DNA of 64,000 bases, taken from the NCBI GenBank assembly GCA_038120295.1, contig JAYOLL010000008.1:40810-104809 (forward strand). Direction: 5' to 3'. Within the stretch, counting starts at the first letter, position 1; each line of letters starts with the position of its first letter. This document shows, in pieces, positions 11,155 to 23,021 of this stretch. The notes beneath the pieces are model-generated. The model worked only from the letters and a program-made list of their open reading frames with translations, ran no database searches and was not told where the DNA came from. Origin of the DNA: Rhodospirillales bacterium (GTDB lineage: Bacteria; Pseudomonadota; Alphaproteobacteria; MPNO01; UBA2964). Both the position numbers and the translations under genes were made by a program.

Positions 11155-12531
11155 TCAGAAAAATTCGAGCTGTACGGCAAACAGCCCTTCGATCGTACGC
11201 ACTGCAGAGGTCTCGGCGAACAGAACGACGCGATCATAAACGTTCATGGTTGTTCCGCTTCTCGGAATGATGACGTCGCCGTCCCGGACAATCGCCCCGA
11301 TCAGGACACCGTCCGGCAGGTCGGCTTCCTTGATGGTCTTGCCGACGAGGTCGGACGTTTCAGGAATTTCGGCGTCGAGGATCTCGCCGAACCCATCCGC
11401 CAGCGAGTGGACCCCCCTGATCCTGCCGCGCCGGACATGTTGAAGGATGGTCGATGCGGTAATCGCCCGGGGGCTGACCACGACATCGACTCCCAGAGAG
11501 CTAATCAGAGGCGAATAGGTTGAATTATTAACCAGAGTGATCGCGCGGCGGCTGCCGTATCGCTTGGCCAACAGGGAAGCAAGGATATTGGTTTCGTCAT
11601 CATTGGTTACAGCAATGATCGCTTCACTTTCGTGAACCCCGGCCTCATCCAGAATTTCGGGATCGATCACATCGCCGTTGATCACCACCGTATGGTCGAG
11701 CGTATCCGCCACAGCATGGGCGCGTTCCCTGTCCCGTTCGATGATGCGCGCGGTCACGCCGGAATAGTCCTTTTCTATGATTGCCCCGAGAAATGCCCCG
11801 ATATTGCCGCCGCCAGCGATAATGACCCGCCGCGCCTCCCTCTCCTCATGGCCGAACGCCGCCATGCCCCGATCGACGTGATCGGTATCGATAACGAAAT
11901 AGACGTCGTCGCCTGGCAGCATGTGATCGTCCGAGGAAGGAACAAATCCCTGCCCGTCACGCACCACTGCCACGATCACGATATTGAGGTCGGGAAACAG
12001 GCTCGAGAGCTGCCGCAGGGGGGTATTGATCAGGGGACAGTCGTCGTGACAACGAACGCCCATCATTCGGACCCGATCTTCTGCGAGCGCAATCGATTCG
12101 AACGCGCCGGACACGCGCAAGCGCCGTGAAATAGCGCGCGCCACTTCGATTTCAGGCGAAATGATCACATCTATGGGCATATGATCGCGGCTGAACAGAT
12201 CCGCCCAGATGGGATCCCGATAGCTCTGATGCCGGATGCGTGCGATCTTGGTCGGAACGTTGAAGAGGGAATGCGCCACCTGACAGGTGACCATGTTCAC
12301 CTCATCGGCCGCTGTCACGGCGATAATCATGTCGGCGTCTGCCGCGCCGGCCCGCTCAAGAACGTCCGGGTGAGACCCGAACCCGACATAAGCCTGAACG
12401 TCCAGAGAATCTCCAACCCGTCGCACGAGTTCCGCTGACTGGTCTATGACAACGACGTCGTGCTGCTCTGCCGCGAGCTGATGCGCGATATGAAAACCGA
12501 CCTGACCGGCCCCTGCGACGATTACTCTCAT
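11155..12531 (-). CDS. trkA: Trk potassium uptake protein TrkA (two RCK/NAD-binding domains)
   Basis: 458 aa; MRVIVAGAGQVG Rossmann motif twice. Confidence 0.9.
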   Translation of the reverse strand: MRVIVAGAGQVGFHIAHQLAAEQHDVVVIDQSAELVRRVGDSLDVQAYVGFGSHPDVLERAGAADADMIIAVTAADEVNMVTCQVAHSLFNVPTKIARIRHQSYRDPIWADLFSRDHMPIDVIISPEIEVARAISRRLRVSGAFESIALAEDRVRMMGVRCHDDCPLINTPLRQLSSLFPDLNIVIVAVVRDGQGFVPSSDDHMLPGDDVYFVIDTDHVDRGMAAFGHEEREARRVIIAGGGNIGAFLGAIIEKDYSGVTARIIERDRERAHAVADTLDHTVVINGDVIDPEILDEAGVHESEAIIAVTNDDETNILASLLAKRYGSRRAITLVNNSTYSPLISSLGVDVVVSPRAITASTILQHVRRGRIRGVHSLADGFGEILDAEIPETSDLVGKTIKEADLPDGVLIGAIVRDGDVIIPRSGTTMNVYDRVVLFAETSAVRTIEGLFAVQLEFF

Positions 12532-12555
12532 GTTCTGCCCGAGTTCAGCCTGCGT

Positions 12556-13968
12556 TCAGCCCGCGTTTCTCATGGCGCTGACATCGTCCGCCTCGTCTCC
12601 GCTGACGCCGAGCGATTTCAGCTTCCTGTGGAGAGCGGACCGTTCCATACCAACAAACGCAGCCGTTTTCGAAATATTGCCGCCAAACCTGGAAATCTGC
12701 GCTTTAAGATACTGCCGTTCGAAGCGTTCTCTGGCGTCTCTCAGCGGCATGCCCATGATTTCACTGCCCTCATCCCATTTTACCGACACCGGGCTCGAAG
12801 CGCCGATTTCGGGTGGCAGGTCTTCGATCCCGATCGGATCTCCGGGCGCGCCCGAACTCATAATCAATATCCAGTCGACCACGTTTCTGAGCTGGCGGAC
12901 GTTTCCGGGCCATTCGTAACTCTGGAGCGCGGCCATGGCGTCCTCGGCAAACGGACGCGGAGGCATCCCCGAAGTCCGGGACACGCTCTCCATAAAAAAG
13001 TCGAGCAGAGCGGGGATATCGTCAGGACGCGAATTGAGCGGCGGTATCTGAAGCGGCACCACGCTTAAACGGTAGTAAAGATCCTCCCGGAACCGTCCGG
13101 CCGCCATCAGGGCCGTGAGATCCCGGTTGGTGCTGGCGATAACACGAACGTCGACGTCGAGTGGCTGACCGCCCCCTACTCTGGAAAACCGCTGTTCCTG
13201 CAGAACCCGAACGATCTTGCCCTGCGTTTCGAGCGGCATATCGGCGACCTCATCCAGCAGCAGCGTTCCGCCATCAGCCTGCTCCAGCGTTCCGGTCACT
13301 GCCGGCCCGTCATCAGCATCGGCTGCGCGACCGAAGAGTTCGATTTCCATCCGTTCCGGCGCCATCGTCGCACAGTTCAGAACCACAAACGGTGCGCCAT
13401 TTCGTCGCGACATGCTGTGCAGCTTGCGGGCGACGACTTCTTTACCCACCCCGGCGGGGCCGACAATCAGAACCCGGCTTTCTGTTGGCGCGACCCGTTC
13501 GATTACCGCGCTGAGCCGGGCAAGCGCCGCCGACTCACCGATGAGATCGCTGTCCTCCGAAACCCGTTCCTTCAGGGAGGCGATCTCGCGGCGGAGCTTT
13601 GCCGCGTCGAGCGCGCGCTCCACAAGTATCAGCAACCGGTCCGCCTTAAACGGTTTCTCGATGAAATCGTAAGCGCCTTTCTTGATTGCATCGACCGCGG
13701 TCTCGATATCGGCATGTCCGCTGATCATGATGACCGGCAGGTCCGGATAATTCCCCCGGACCTTCTCGAGCACCTCGAGCCCCTGAAAGGCGCTGTTATG
13801 GAGCCAGATATCGAGAATCATCAGGTCGGGAACAGCCTGTTCTATCGCCGCGAGAGCCGCTTCGCCGCTGCCGACTTCCCGGCAGCCATATCCTTCATCG
13901 CCCAGAATTTCGGCGATCAGACGGCGAATATCCTGTTCATCGTCGACAACAAGAAGATCAAGCGCCAT
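12556..13968 (-). CDS. ntrX: Sigma-54-dependent response regulator NtrX
   Basis: 470 aa; receiver domain with Asp, AAA+ ATPase with GAFTGA-like loop, C-terminal HTH; 11-nt overlap with ntrY. Confidence 0.9.
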   Translation of the reverse strand: MALDLLVVDDEQDIRRLIAEILGDEGYGCREVGSGEAALAAIEQAVPDLMILDIWLHNSAFQGLEVLEKVRGNYPDLPVIMISGHADIETAVDAIKKGAYDFIEKPFKADRLLILVERALDAAKLRREIASLKERVSEDSDLIGESAALARLSAVIERVAPTESRVLIVGPAGVGKEVVARKLHSMSRRNGAPFVVLNCATMAPERMEIELFGRAADADDGPAVTGTLEQADGGTLLLDEVADMPLETQGKIVRVLQEQRFSRVGGGQPLDVDVRVIASTNRDLTALMAAGRFREDLYYRLSVVPLQIPPLNSRPDDIPALLDFFMESVSRTSGMPPRPFAEDAMAALQSYEWPGNVRQLRNVVDWILIMSSGAPGDPIGIEDLPPEIGASSPVSVKWDEGSEIMGMPLRDARERFERQYLKAQISRFGGNISKTAAFVGMERSALHRKLKSLGVSGDEADDVSAMRNAG

Positions 13969-16216
13969 GAGTTCCCGTTACCTTCCCCGACCCCCGCACC
14001 GCACCGCCCTGCTCGGCTTCCGAAGAAAACACGAGTTTTACGATCGCACCGCCTCCCGGACGGTCCAGGAGAACGACATTTCCACCGTGATCCTCCATGA
14101 TTTTCCGGACGATCGCGAGTCCCAGCCCGGTTCCCTTCTGACGGGTCGTGACGTAGGGCTCGGTGAGCCGGTCGCGTTCCTCGACCGGGAGTCCTTTACC
14201 GTCATCAGCGACCAAAACCGTAATCCCGCCTTCGTCCGACTCTATGGATACCGTGATATTGCCCGTCGGCTCCGTCACGGCCCCTTCAGTTCTTCCCTCG
14301 ATTGCATCTACCGCGTTCTGGAGGAGATTGACCAGCGCCTGACCGATCTGCTGCCTGTCGCATAATACCATGACCGGTTCATCTTCGAACGCGCATTCAA
14401 TCCGTATTCCGCGGTGCGCATTCTGAAGGAGAACCGTCGAATCACGGCAAAGAACCGAAATATCTTCCGGTTTCAGAACGGGCGCAGGCATTCGTGCAAA
14501 GGACGAGAACTCGTCAACCAGCCGCCCGATGTCCCCAACCTGACGAATAATCGTGTCAGTGCATGACACGAAACTTTCCCGGTCCGTTTCGATTTCGTCC
14601 TGATACTTCCTGCGCAACCTCTCGGCGGCGAGTTGAATCGGCGTAAGCGGGTTCTTGATTTCGTGCGCGATCCTCCGGGCGACATCGGACCAGGCCGCCT
14701 TGCGCTGAGCCTGAAGGAGCTCGGTTATGTCGTCGAAGGTCACAACGAAATCATGGTCGGGGCCCTGACTGTCCGGAGAAATTCTGACCCTCAGCGTCAA
14801 ACGCTGGGAGCCGCGCCTGACTGCAATCTGCCCATCCACGGATTGTCCAGGTGGGGAAATCGCGCGCGCCAGCAGTTCCTCCACCTCCGGCAGAAGCTGG
14901 GCGAGCCGCTTGCCAAGGGCGCTGTCGAGCGGGGTATCGAGAAACTTCGTTGCGGCACGGTTGGCGAGCTTGATATGCCCGTTCCCGTCCAGCCCGATGA
15001 TGCCGGACGACACGCCGGAAAGAACCGTTTCGATGAAATGACGCCGGTTATCGAGCTGGCGATTGGCTTCGACAAGACCGCTGCGCTGCACGCTGAGCTG
15101 TTCGGTCATCCTGTTGAAGGCCCGGCTCAGCGTGCCGATTTCATCCCGCGCGAGGGATTCGTCCACTCGAGTATCCAGTTCTCCGCCTCTCACCCGTTCG
15201 ACGGCATTGACCAGCGCGCCGATCGGCCGGGCGAGCCGCGTCGCGAAGGTAAGCCCCACCCAGATCGCCGCGGCCAGCAATAGCAGCGCGACCAGAACGA
15301 ACATCATCGCAAAGGTGATTTCGATCTCCGTTCTCTTGCCTTCGAGTTCCTCATACCGTCGGACGGCATTCCGCGTGCGGTCGATGTGAGCGATGACGCC
15401 AGGTTCGACGAACCGGCTGACATACAGGAACAGGTCGACAAAACGGTCGATTCTGACCACTGCCCGGATCCGGTCCGACGTCTCCGACGTCAGAAGCACC
15501 GGCTCCCCGGACCTCGCCCGGTCAAGGGCGGCCGCCGGCAAAGGCTCGTCGAACAGGAGAATGCCGAGGTTGCTCCAGCGCGCAATGACGCGTCCCTTGG
15601 AATCGAGGACCGAGGCTTCGCTCAGAGCTCGCAGCGCCGCCTGCTGCGCCACCAGCCTGCGAAAGCGTGTGTGATCGCCTGCAATTACCGGCGCCGCACG
15701 GGCGATATCCTGCGCCATGGCGAGAATGTCGCCCCGGATCGATTGCTGATGTTCCCTGAGATAGGCCTGCGCGACCGCGTTCGATTCAGCGAGCGCTGTG
15801 CGAACCCTGTCGCTGAACCACGCCTGAACCCCAAGGCTGAAGAACAGGGCGGAGGATACGGCGATAATGATCGTCGGCGTAACCGCGATCAGGCTGAACA
15901 GAACGACGAGGCGCGTATGAAGCCGCGATCCGACGGCCCCGCGCCGGCGTTCCATCCAGAGCTGCACCAGCCGTTTCGCCACGATAGCGCCGAGCGTCAG
16001 AAACAGTACAAGGTCGATATTGAGCAGGATCAGGATGGTGCGGACATCGGTTTTGACGCCGCCCCAGCCGGTTAGTGCGAAGAAGGTAACAAACGACAGA
16101 ACTACCGCGAGGACGGTAAGGGCGATCGCAGCTTTGCGCGCGATACCGACCTCCTTCGCCCAGCGTGCCAGCCGCACCGAGCCGCGTCTCCGGAAACCTG
16201 CAGATTCGACGCTCAC
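13958..16216 (-). CDS. ntrY: Sensor histidine kinase NtrY
   Basis: 752 aa; N-terminal TM helices, HAMP, PAS, H-box [11 protein letters not shown], HATPase G-boxes. Confidence 0.9.
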   Translation of the reverse strand: MSVESAGFRRRGSVRLARWAKEVGIARKAAIALTVLAVVLSFVTFFALTGWGGVKTDVRTILILLNIDLVLFLTLGAIVAKRLVQLWMERRRGAVGSRLHTRLVVLFSLIAVTPTIIIAVSSALFFSLGVQAWFSDRVRTALAESNAVAQAYLREHQQSIRGDILAMAQDIARAAPVIAGDHTRFRRLVAQQAALRALSEASVLDSKGRVIARWSNLGILLFDEPLPAAALDRARSGEPVLLTSETSDRIRAVVRIDRFVDLFLYVSRFVEPGVIAHIDRTRNAVRRYEELEGKRTEIEITFAMMFVLVALLLLAAAIWVGLTFATRLARPIGALVNAVERVRGGELDTRVDESLARDEIGTLSRAFNRMTEQLSVQRSGLVEANRQLDNRRHFIETVLSGVSSGIIGLDGNGHIKLANRAATKFLDTPLDSALGKRLAQLLPEVEELLARAISPPGQSVDGQIAVRRGSQRLTLRVRISPDSQGPDHDFVVTFDDITELLQAQRKAAWSDVARRIAHEIKNPLTPIQLAAERLRRKYQDEIETDRESFVSCTDTIIRQVGDIGRLVDEFSSFARMPAPVLKPEDISVLCRDSTVLLQNAHRGIRIECAFEDEPVMVLCDRQQIGQALVNLLQNAVDAIEGRTEGAVTEPTGNITVSIESDEGGITVLVADDGKGLPVEERDRLTEPYVTTRQKGTGLGLAIVRKIMEDHGGNVVLLDRPGGGAIVKLVFSSEAEQGGAVRGSGKVTGTHGA

Positions 16217-17658
16217 CTGCTTCCTCTCACGACTTCGACCTGCAAATCGCGGATCTTTTTACGCAACGTATTCCTGTTTAGCCCCAGCAATTTTGCCGCC
16301 TGAAGCTGATTACCCTGCGTATGCAGAAGAGACAGCGAAATCAGCGGTTTCTCGATTTCGCGGAGCACGCGGTCGTATAGGCCTGGAGGAGGCAACTCGT
16401 CGCGATGCGCATCGAAATACCGCGCGAGATGTTTCTCCACCGAACCTGCAAGACTGTCATCGGCGTCCTCCCCGTTCGACGACATCTGCCGTCCCTGGTC
16501 CAGTTCCGCTCTCACGACGGTTTCGTCGATAATCTCTTCGGTATAAAGCGCTGCGATGCGTCGAATAAGATTCTCAAGCTCCCGGATATTGCCCGGCCAG
16601 CGATATTCCTGAAGCGCGGCCAGAGCCGGCTTCAGGAGAGTCTTGGTACCTAGCCCCTCTTTCGCGGCTTCCTCAAGAAAGTGCCGCACAAGATCGGGAA
16701 TGTCCTCCATGCGCTCCCGCAACGGAGGAAGGCGAATTGGAACGACGTTAAGCCGGTAAAAGAGATCCTCGCGAAACTGACCCTTGCGGATCAGCCCCTC
16801 AAGATCGCGGTGAGTCGCCGCGACTATCCTGACATCCGTACTTATCGGCGTCTTGCCACCGACCGTGGTGAATTCGCCCTCCTGAAGAACCCGCAACAGC
16901 CTGGTCTGGGCGTCGAGCGGCATATCGCCGATCTCGTCCAGAAAAAGCGTACCCTTCTGTGCCTGGTGAAAGCGCCCGACTCCGGCGGACGTGGCGCCGG
17001 TGAATGCGCCCTTCTCGTGCCCGAACAGTTCCGCTTCGATGAGATCGCGCGGGATCGCCGCCATATTGACCGCCACAAAGGCGCCGGAACGGCGCTTGCC
17101 GTAATCGTGTAGCGCCCGAGCAACGAGTTCCTTTCCGGTTCCGGATTCCCCCGAGATCATGACTGTCAGGTCTGTCGACATCAGGCGTGCGACCGTCCTG
17201 TATATGTCCTGCATAGCCCCGGAACGACCAATCAGCGGCAGCTTCTCCGCTCCTTCCCCGCCATCAGGCCGGTCGTTATCGGATGCGGTTCCTCTGGCGG
17301 ACAGGGCCCGGTCGACAATGGAAAGGAGTTCGTCCAGATCGAACGGTTTGGGTACGTACTCGTAAGCTCCACGCTCCACGGCCTTAATCGCCGTGAGAAG
17401 CGTGCTCTGCGCGCTCATCACGATGATTTTGAGATCCGGCCTGATCTGCTTTATCCGCGGCAGGAGATCCAGCCCGTCCACGTCGGGCATGACGACATCC
17501 GTAATCACCAGATCGCCGTGCCCGGCTTCGACCCACTGCCAGAGCGTACTTCCGTTGTCGGTTGCCTGGACGTCATGGCCCGCGCGGCCCAGCGCGTGAT
17601 CGAGTACCGTGCGTATGCCACGATCGTCGTCGGCAATCAGGATCGAAGCCCCCGTCAT
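16213..17658 (-). CDS. ntrC: Nitrogen regulation protein NR(I), sigma-54 activator NtrC
   Basis: 481 aa; receiver + sigma-54 activation domain ([14 protein letters not shown]) + Fis-type HTH. Confidence 0.93.
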   Translation of the reverse strand: MTGASILIADDDRGIRTVLDHALGRAGHDVQATDNGSTLWQWVEAGHGDLVITDVVMPDVDGLDLLPRIKQIRPDLKIIVMSAQSTLLTAIKAVERGAYEYVPKPFDLDELLSIVDRALSARGTASDNDRPDGGEGAEKLPLIGRSGAMQDIYRTVARLMSTDLTVMISGESGTGKELVARALHDYGKRRSGAFVAVNMAAIPRDLIEAELFGHEKGAFTGATSAGVGRFHQAQKGTLFLDEIGDMPLDAQTRLLRVLQEGEFTTVGGKTPISTDVRIVAATHRDLEGLIRKGQFREDLFYRLNVVPIRLPPLRERMEDIPDLVRHFLEEAAKEGLGTKTLLKPALAALQEYRWPGNIRELENLIRRIAALYTEEIIDETVVRAELDQGRQMSSNGEDADDSLAGSVEKHLARYFDAHRDELPPPGLYDRVLREIEKPLISLSLLHTQGNQLQAAKLLGLNRNTLRKKIRDLQVEVVRGSR

Positions 17659-18821
17659 GATGTAGCGACTTCTTCTGCGACGGGCAGATAAACGTGGAAA
17701 CGCGTACCGCTGTCGTCGGATTCGAATTCGACCAACCCGCCATGATCGTTGATGACCTTGGCGACCAGCGCCAGGCCGAGCCCGGTCCCCCCGGTTTTCG
17801 TCGTCACAAACGGATCGAACAGATGCTTGGCGATGTCATCCGGAATACCCGGGCCGTTATCCGCGACCGTGACAACGAGCGGCAGTTGCACATGCCCCGC
17901 CTGCCCCGGCAGTGCCAGGCGCATGCCCCTGCGAAACCCCGTGCTGATCTCGATTTCTCCCCCTTCTTCCGGCGCCGCCTCCGACGCGTTCTTGACGAGG
18001 TTCAGGAAGACCTGGATCAGCTGGTCCCGATTGCCCAGCGCCGGCGGCAGCGAGGGATCGTACTGCGCTCCGATCGACTGATGTGCGGCAAATCCATTCG
18101 ACGCGGACTGCTGCACCCTGTTGAGCACTTCGTGAATATTTATCGCTTCCCTGTCGGGCGGGCCGTCATAGGCGAAAACGCCCATTTCATTGACCAGCGA
18201 ATTGATCCTGTCGGTTTCGTCGCGGATGAGTTGCGCCAGGACCCTGTCGGAACCGGATACGGCGCGCTCCAGTAGCTGGGCCGCTCCCCGAATGCCCGAA
18301 AGCGGATTCTTGATTTCATGAGCGATGACCGAAGCCATCGCCGTCACCGACCGTGCCGCGCTGCGGTGGAACAGCTGCCGTTCCATGTGCCGGGCCGCAC
18401 TCTGGGCCTGAATCGAGAGTACAATCGATTTTTCGCCATTCCCATAGGGAGAAACGCGAAGGCTGAGCCCGCGCCCACCGCCCCGCTTCAGAACGAGGTC
18501 GATGTCGTGTTCCGATATCGTAACACCGTGTTCCCTTGCCTGTTCGATCAACCCGTGCAACGGGCTGTCCGGCGCCACGAACCGGTTGAAGGGGCGGCCA
18601 AGAAGATGCGAGGCGCCATGTTCGAAGAACCCCTCCGCTGCCGCGTTGACGAACGAAATCCTGTCCTTGCCGTCCAGCACGACTACGGGAAAGGAAAGCG
18701 CGTTAAGGATGCCCGCAGTATCCACTGTTCCTTGCGGCGAGACGCCAAGGAGCGGAGCGGTATCGTCCATCAGGCTGCGATTTCCCGCTCGAGCAGGTTT
18801 CCGTAGAAGCGATCGATGCAA
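17655..18821 (-). CDS. ntrB: Nitrogen regulation sensor kinase NR(II) NtrB
   Basis: 388 aa; PAS, H-box [12 protein letters not shown], HATPase. Confidence 0.9.
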   Translation of the reverse strand: MHRSLLRKPARAGNRSLMDDTAPLLGVSPQGTVDTAGILNALSFPVVVLDGKDRISFVNAAAEGFFEHGASHLLGRPFNRFVAPDSPLHGLIEQAREHGVTISEHDIDLVLKRGGGRGLSLRVSPYGNGEKSIVLSIQAQSAARHMERQLFHRSAARSVTAMASVIAHEIKNPLSGIRGAAQLLERAVSGSDRVLAQLIRDETDRINSLVNEMGVFAYDGPPDREAINIHEVLNRVQQSASNGFAAHQSIGAQYDPSLPPALGNRDQLIQVFLNLVKNASEAAPEEGGEIEISTGFRRGMRLALPGQAGHVQLPLVVTVADNGPGIPDDIAKHLFDPFVTTKTGGTGLGLALVAKVINDHGGLVEFESDDSGTRFHVYLPVAEEVATS

Positions 18822-19765
18822 TCGACGACCGCATCCGGATCGCCCAGCGTGTTGATCTGCGCCCTGAATTCGGCAGATTTCGGCAGGCCCTTAGTATACC
18901 AGCCGATATGTTTGCGGGCCACGCGGAGGCCTGTGTCTCGCCCGTAATGCTCCAGCATGTCGAGGTAATGGCCGCGTACGATCCGGTACTGATCTGCAAT
19001 CGACGGATCGGGCGACGGTTCGCCGTTTTTCAGAAACTCGATCACCTGCTTCAGGAACCAGGGACGCCCGTAGGCACCACGCCCGATCATCACCCCATCG
19101 GCGCCCGATTTATCCAGCAGGTTTCTGACATCCTCGAACGTCGTCACGTCGCCGTTTCCGATAACAGGGATATTCACTGCTTCCTTGACCGACCGGATAA
19201 AATCCCAGTCCGCGCTTCCCTTGTAGAACTGGCATCGCGTACGCCCGTGCACCGTAACCATCCGGATTCCGACGTCCTGGGCAATCTTCGCGAGCTTGGG
19301 CGCATTGCGGCTATCGTCGTCCCAGCCGGTCCGCATCTTGAGAGTGACAGGCAGTTTTACCGCCTTGACCACCGCTTCCATGATCTTCGCCGCCGTGGAC
19401 TCCTCCCGCATCAGCGCGGAGCCCGCCATGCCGTTCACGACCTTCTTGGCGGGACAGCCCATGTTGATGTCGATGATCGCGGCGCCCCGGTCCTCATTGA
19501 GTTTCGCCGCTTCTGCCACCATTTCCGGCTCGCAGCCTGCGAGCTGTACGGCCATGGGAAATTCCTCAGCGCAATTGGTCGCCATTTTCATGGTCTTGCG
19601 GTTCTGATAGATCATCGCCCGGCTGGCGATCATCTCCGACACAACGAGTCCAGCCCCCTCGCGCTTGACGAGGCGGCGGAATGGCAGGTCGGTAACGCCT
19701 GACATCGGCGCGAGTATGACCGGCGCCGAAAGCTTTACGGGTCCAATTTCAATGGTCATTTTCAA
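18770..19765 (-). CDS. dusB: tRNA-dihydrouridine synthase B (NifR3)
   Basis: 331 aa; Dus motifs LAPMSGVTD...DINMGCP; 52-nt overlap with ntrB start as in classic nifR3-ntrBC operons. Confidence 0.92.
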   Translation of the reverse strand: MKMTIEIGPVKLSAPVILAPMSGVTDLPFRRLVKREGAGLVVSEMIASRAMIYQNRKTMKMATNCAEEFPMAVQLAGCEPEMVAEAAKLNEDRGAAIIDINMGCPAKKVVNGMAGSALMREESTAAKIMEAVVKAVKLPVTLKMRTGWDDDSRNAPKLAKIAQDVGIRMVTVHGRTRCQFYKGSADWDFIRSVKEAVNIPVIGNGDVTTFEDVRNLLDKSGADGVMIGRGAYGRPWFLKQVIEFLKNGEPSPDPSIADQYRIVRGHYLDMLEHYGRDTGLRVARKHIGWYTKGLPKSAEFRAQINTLGDPDAVVDCIDRFYGNLLEREIAA

Positions 19766-19871
19766 GGCATTCCCAGGAAGGCTGCTTAATTTCTAGCGCC
19801 CGAATCCAGCAAACCTAAGCAGAGCGTGACAATATCGCAAAGGAATTCGCTTCGGCGGCGACAAGTCTGAT

Positions 19872-20672
19872 CTACTGCACCAGCACGTCAGTGACAAATT
19901 TAACCCCTGGGTAGCCGAGCGTCAGCAACAGATAGGCCAGCATGACAAGCCGGGCCGCCTGCCGTCCCCGCAAACCCACAGTGCGCCTCGCAATCAGCAA
20001 GGCAAAAACCACGGCGAGCGCCAGGAGCGCAAACATCGTCTTGTGGCTGACATGGAACAAAGCACCTGTCGTCAGATAATCGACTGCCATCCCGGTAACG
20101 ACGCCAATTGCGAGGACTGCGGCGCCCAGCGTCAGTAGCGATGATTCCAGCGCTTCGGCCGACGACAGTCCGGGCAGCGCGCGCGTCATTCTTCCCTGCG
20201 CCTTGCGTTTTAGGGCGCGTTCCTGCGCGAATGCCGAGAATCCCGCCAGTGCCGCCAGCGTCAGGATCGCGTATGTCGCAAGAGAAAAGGCGATATGCGC
20301 GTCGAGCCACCCGACCGCGGCGTCGCCGCGTAGTGGTTGTTCGGGACTGTTCAGCCAGACAGTAGCGAGAATGCCAAGCACGAGCAGATAGGGCATCAGC
20401 ACCGATGCCAGGCGAAATCCGTCCCGCGCAACAGCGGCTACAATCCCAAAGACGGCTAGCGTGGCGCAAACTGTGACCCAGAGCGTCGGCGCGAAACCTG
20501 TCCGCCACCCCTGTGAGAATGCGACCCATACCCAACTCGCCGTCCCCGACAGGGCCACGGCCAGTAAAAGCCAGAAAATCGACCCGCGAGACGCATTGGT
20601 GCGCCACGCCATCGCCGTTGCGGGGATCATTGCCGCAACGGCAGCAATTGACAGGATCAGGTTCGATTCCAT
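19872..20672 (-). CDS. Cytochrome c assembly-family (YpjD-like) polytopic inner membrane protein
   Basis: 266 aa, 7-8 TM helices; family assignment from overall topology only. Confidence 0.45.
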   Translation of the reverse strand: MESNLILSIAAVAAMIPATAMAWRTNASRGSIFWLLLAVALSGTASWVWVAFSQGWRTGFAPTLWVTVCATLAVFGIVAAVARDGFRLASVLMPYLLVLGILATVWLNSPEQPLRGDAAVGWLDAHIAFSLATYAILTLAALAGFSAFAQERALKRKAQGRMTRALPGLSSAEALESSLLTLGAAVLAIGVVTGMAVDYLTTGALFHVSHKTMFALLALAVVFALLIARRTVGLRGRQAARLVMLAYLLLTLGYPGVKFVTDVLVQ

Positions 20673-20834
20673 AGCGCCAGATATATCAGCCGGTTACGTT
20701 CACCGCCAAGCATATCGACGGTGGGAAGTCCGGTCAGCGGGTCGAATCGCCGCCGCTTGGCAACGCCAGACGGCAGGGCTACCTTGACCTCGCGGCGTCA
20801 GGATCGCCGTTGTGAACATTTCGGGATTTGAGCC

Positions 20835-22004
20835 ATGGCAGGCTGCGCGGCCCTGATTCTTGCCGGTGGCAGCGGAAGCCGCTTCGGCGGCGAGATTCCA
20901 AAGCAGTATCAGGCGCTGTGTGGCATTGCTGTTCTTCGCCGCGCCGCCGACGCCTTCATCGCGCATGACGCGGTCGACCATGTACGGATCGTGCTGCGCG
21001 CAGAAGATAGGGATCTTTATGAAGCAGCCTTTGCCGGGGCAGACGTTTTACCGCCCGTCAATGGAGGTGCGAGCCGCCAGGATTCAGCCAGGCTGGGCCT
21101 CGAAAGCCTGTGCGAGCTGTCGCCGGATCTCGTCCTGGTTCACGATGGCGCACGTCCTTTCCCGAATAGCGATCTGATCTCGCGAGTCGTGGATGGGCTG
21201 GCGACCTATCCTGCAGTCCTCCCGGCCCTGCCTGTTACAGACACGATCAAGACTGTCACCTCGGAAGGCGAAACCGTCGCCGGAACAATGGACCGGTCGG
21301 CGCTCCGGCGGGCCCAGACGCCGCAGGGCTTCCGCTACGCCGACATCGTCGCCGCGCATAAAGCCGCCTCAACCGGACCGGAACAAACCGACGACGCGAT
21401 GGTTGCTGAAAAAGCCGGCCTGCCGGTCGGAATTGTCATGGGCAGCGAATCCAATCTCAAGATAACGACGCAGGACGACATGCAAACCGCCGAACGCGCG
21501 CTGGGCGCAGCCAGTCTGATTACCCGCATCGGTACCGGATTCGACGTTCACAAATTCTGCCCGGGCGATCACGTCATTCTGGGCGGAGTCCGCATCGATC
21601 ACGATCACGGCCTCGAAGGTCATTCGGACGCCGATGCCGCGCTGCACGCCATCACCGATGCTGTGCTGGGCGCGATCGGGGACGGCGATATCGGGTCCCA
21701 TTTCCCTCCCAGCGACGAACAGTGGCGGGGCGCGGATTCCGCAGCCTTTTTGCGGCACGCCGCGGGTCTCGCGGAAGCGCGAGGCGGGACCATCGACAAT
21801 GTCGATGTCACGATCATCTGCGAGCGCCCGAAGATCGGGCCTCATCGCGACGCCATCCGGAAGCGGATCGCCGAAATTATCGGCGTATCCATCGGCAGCG
21901 TCAGCGTGAAGGCGACAACGACGGAAACGCTCGGCTTCACCGGACGTCGCGAAGGCATCGCCGCGCAGGCCGTCGCGGCGGTCCGCCTGCCGCCCGGGGC
22001 CTGA
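20835..22004 (+). CDS. ispDF: Bifunctional MEP cytidylyltransferase / MEcPP synthase IspDF
   Basis: 389 aa; IspD N-terminal [11 protein letters not shown], IspF C-terminal GTGFDVHKF...GHSDADA. Confidence 0.95.
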   Translation: MAGCAALILAGGSGSRFGGEIPKQYQALCGIAVLRRAADAFIAHDAVDHVRIVLRAEDRDLYEAAFAGADVLPPVNGGASRQDSARLGLESLCELSPDLVLVHDGARPFPNSDLISRVVDGLATYPAVLPALPVTDTIKTVTSEGETVAGTMDRSALRRAQTPQGFRYADIVAAHKAASTGPEQTDDAMVAEKAGLPVGIVMGSESNLKITTQDDMQTAERALGAASLITRIGTGFDVHKFCPGDHVILGGVRIDHDHGLEGHSDADAALHAITDAVLGAIGDGDIGSHFPPSDEQWRGADSAAFLRHAAGLAEARGGTIDNVDVTIICERPKIGPHRDAIRKRIAEIIGVSIGSVSVKATTTETLGFTGRREGIAAQAVAAVRLPPGA

Positions 22005-22015
22005 GGAGAGCCCTC

Positions 22016-22504
22016 ATGGCATCCCGGTCGCTTCCTCGGGGGATGGGCTTTTTTCATCCTGTCTGCCTGACTTCTACTTTTTTCGGCGTCGGACTTCTGC
22101 CGGGCGCCCCCGGGACCTGGGCGTCCCTCGCGGCGCTGCCGATCGGCTGGTACCTAATGCTTTATTCCGGCCCACTTGCCGTTGCGGCTGCCGGGCTGGC
22201 CCTGTTTTTCATCGGCATCGGACCTGCGGGGATCTACGAACGCCGCACCAGCGCAAACGATCCGGGAGCGGTCGTCATCGACGAAGTAGCGGCACAGCTT
22301 CTCGTCCTCGCCGCCGCGCCGCAGAGCTGGAACTACTTCATTGCCGGTTTCATCCTGTTCCGGCTCGCCGATATCCTGAAGCCCTGGCCGGTTTCCTGGG
22401 CCGACCGCCACATCAAAGGCGGGTTCGGCATCATGCTGGACGATATTTTGGCTGCCGTTTACGCCGGTGTTATGCTCTACGGCATCCGTATGCTTTTCGA
22501 GTGA
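22016..22504 (+). CDS. pgpA: Phosphatidylglycerophosphatase A
   Basis: 163 aa from ATG 22016 (GAGGAGAG SD); PgpA motifs GAPGTWASL, VIDEVA, WDRHIKGGFGIMLDD; ORF track extends spuriously upstream into ispDF. Confidence 0.88.
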   Translation: MASRSLPRGMGFFHPVCLTSTFFGVGLLPGAPGTWASLAALPIGWYLMLYSGPLAVAAAGLALFFIGIGPAGIYERRTSANDPGAVVIDEVAAQLLVLAAAPQSWNYFIAGFILFRLADILKPWPVSWADRHIKGGFGIMLDDILAAVYAGVMLYGIRMLFE

Positions 22505-22514
22505 GAATTCCCGA

Positions 22515-23018
22515 ATGCTGAATTCCGAGACCCTCGACATGGCGGTTCGCCTTGTCGATCTGTGCCGCAAGGAAGGCCGGACCGTCGTCACGGTCGAATC
22601 CTGCACCGGCGGGCTGCTGTCCGCGGCCCTGACGTCGATGGCCGGGTCGTCCGACGTGTTCGAGCGCGGCTACGTCACCTATTCCAACGAGGCCAAGACA
22701 TCCGCCGTCCTCGTTCGCGCCGAACAGATCGCCTATGCCGGCGCGGTAAGCGAAGACGTCGCCTGGGCTATGGCGGAAGGCGCTATTCGCAAATCGGGCG
22801 CCGATATCGCTGTATCGATCACCGGCGTCGCCGGGCCGGGCGGCGGTACGGAAGAGAAACCGGTCGGGCTGGTCCATTTCGCGACCTGCCGCTGGGACGG
22901 CAAGATCGCGGTTCATCACGAAGTGTTTCCGGGAGACCGCGGAAAAATCCGGGAAGCCGCCGTCCGTCAGGCGATGAAAATGGTCGAGGAAGCGCTTTAC
23001 GCGTCGCCCGGGGACTGA
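22515..23018 (+). CDS. pncC: CinA C-terminal domain protein / NMN amidohydrolase PncC
   Basis: 167 aa; TVESCTGGLL...ITGVAGPGGG motifs. Confidence 0.85.
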   Translation: MLNSETLDMAVRLVDLCRKEGRTVVTVESCTGGLLSAALTSMAGSSDVFERGYVTYSNEAKTSAVLVRAEQIAYAGAVSEDVAWAMAEGAIRKSGADIAVSITGVAGPGGGTEEKPVGLVHFATCRWDGKIAVHHEVFPGDRGKIREAAVRQAMKMVEEALYASPGD

Positions 23019-23021
23019 GGA

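Noticed and set aside
21722-22504. 260-aa ORF overlapping ispDF 3' end
   Set aside because: Only the last 163 aa (from ATG 22016 with GAGGAG SD) match PgpA. The upstream part is an Arg-rich alternative frame of ispDF.
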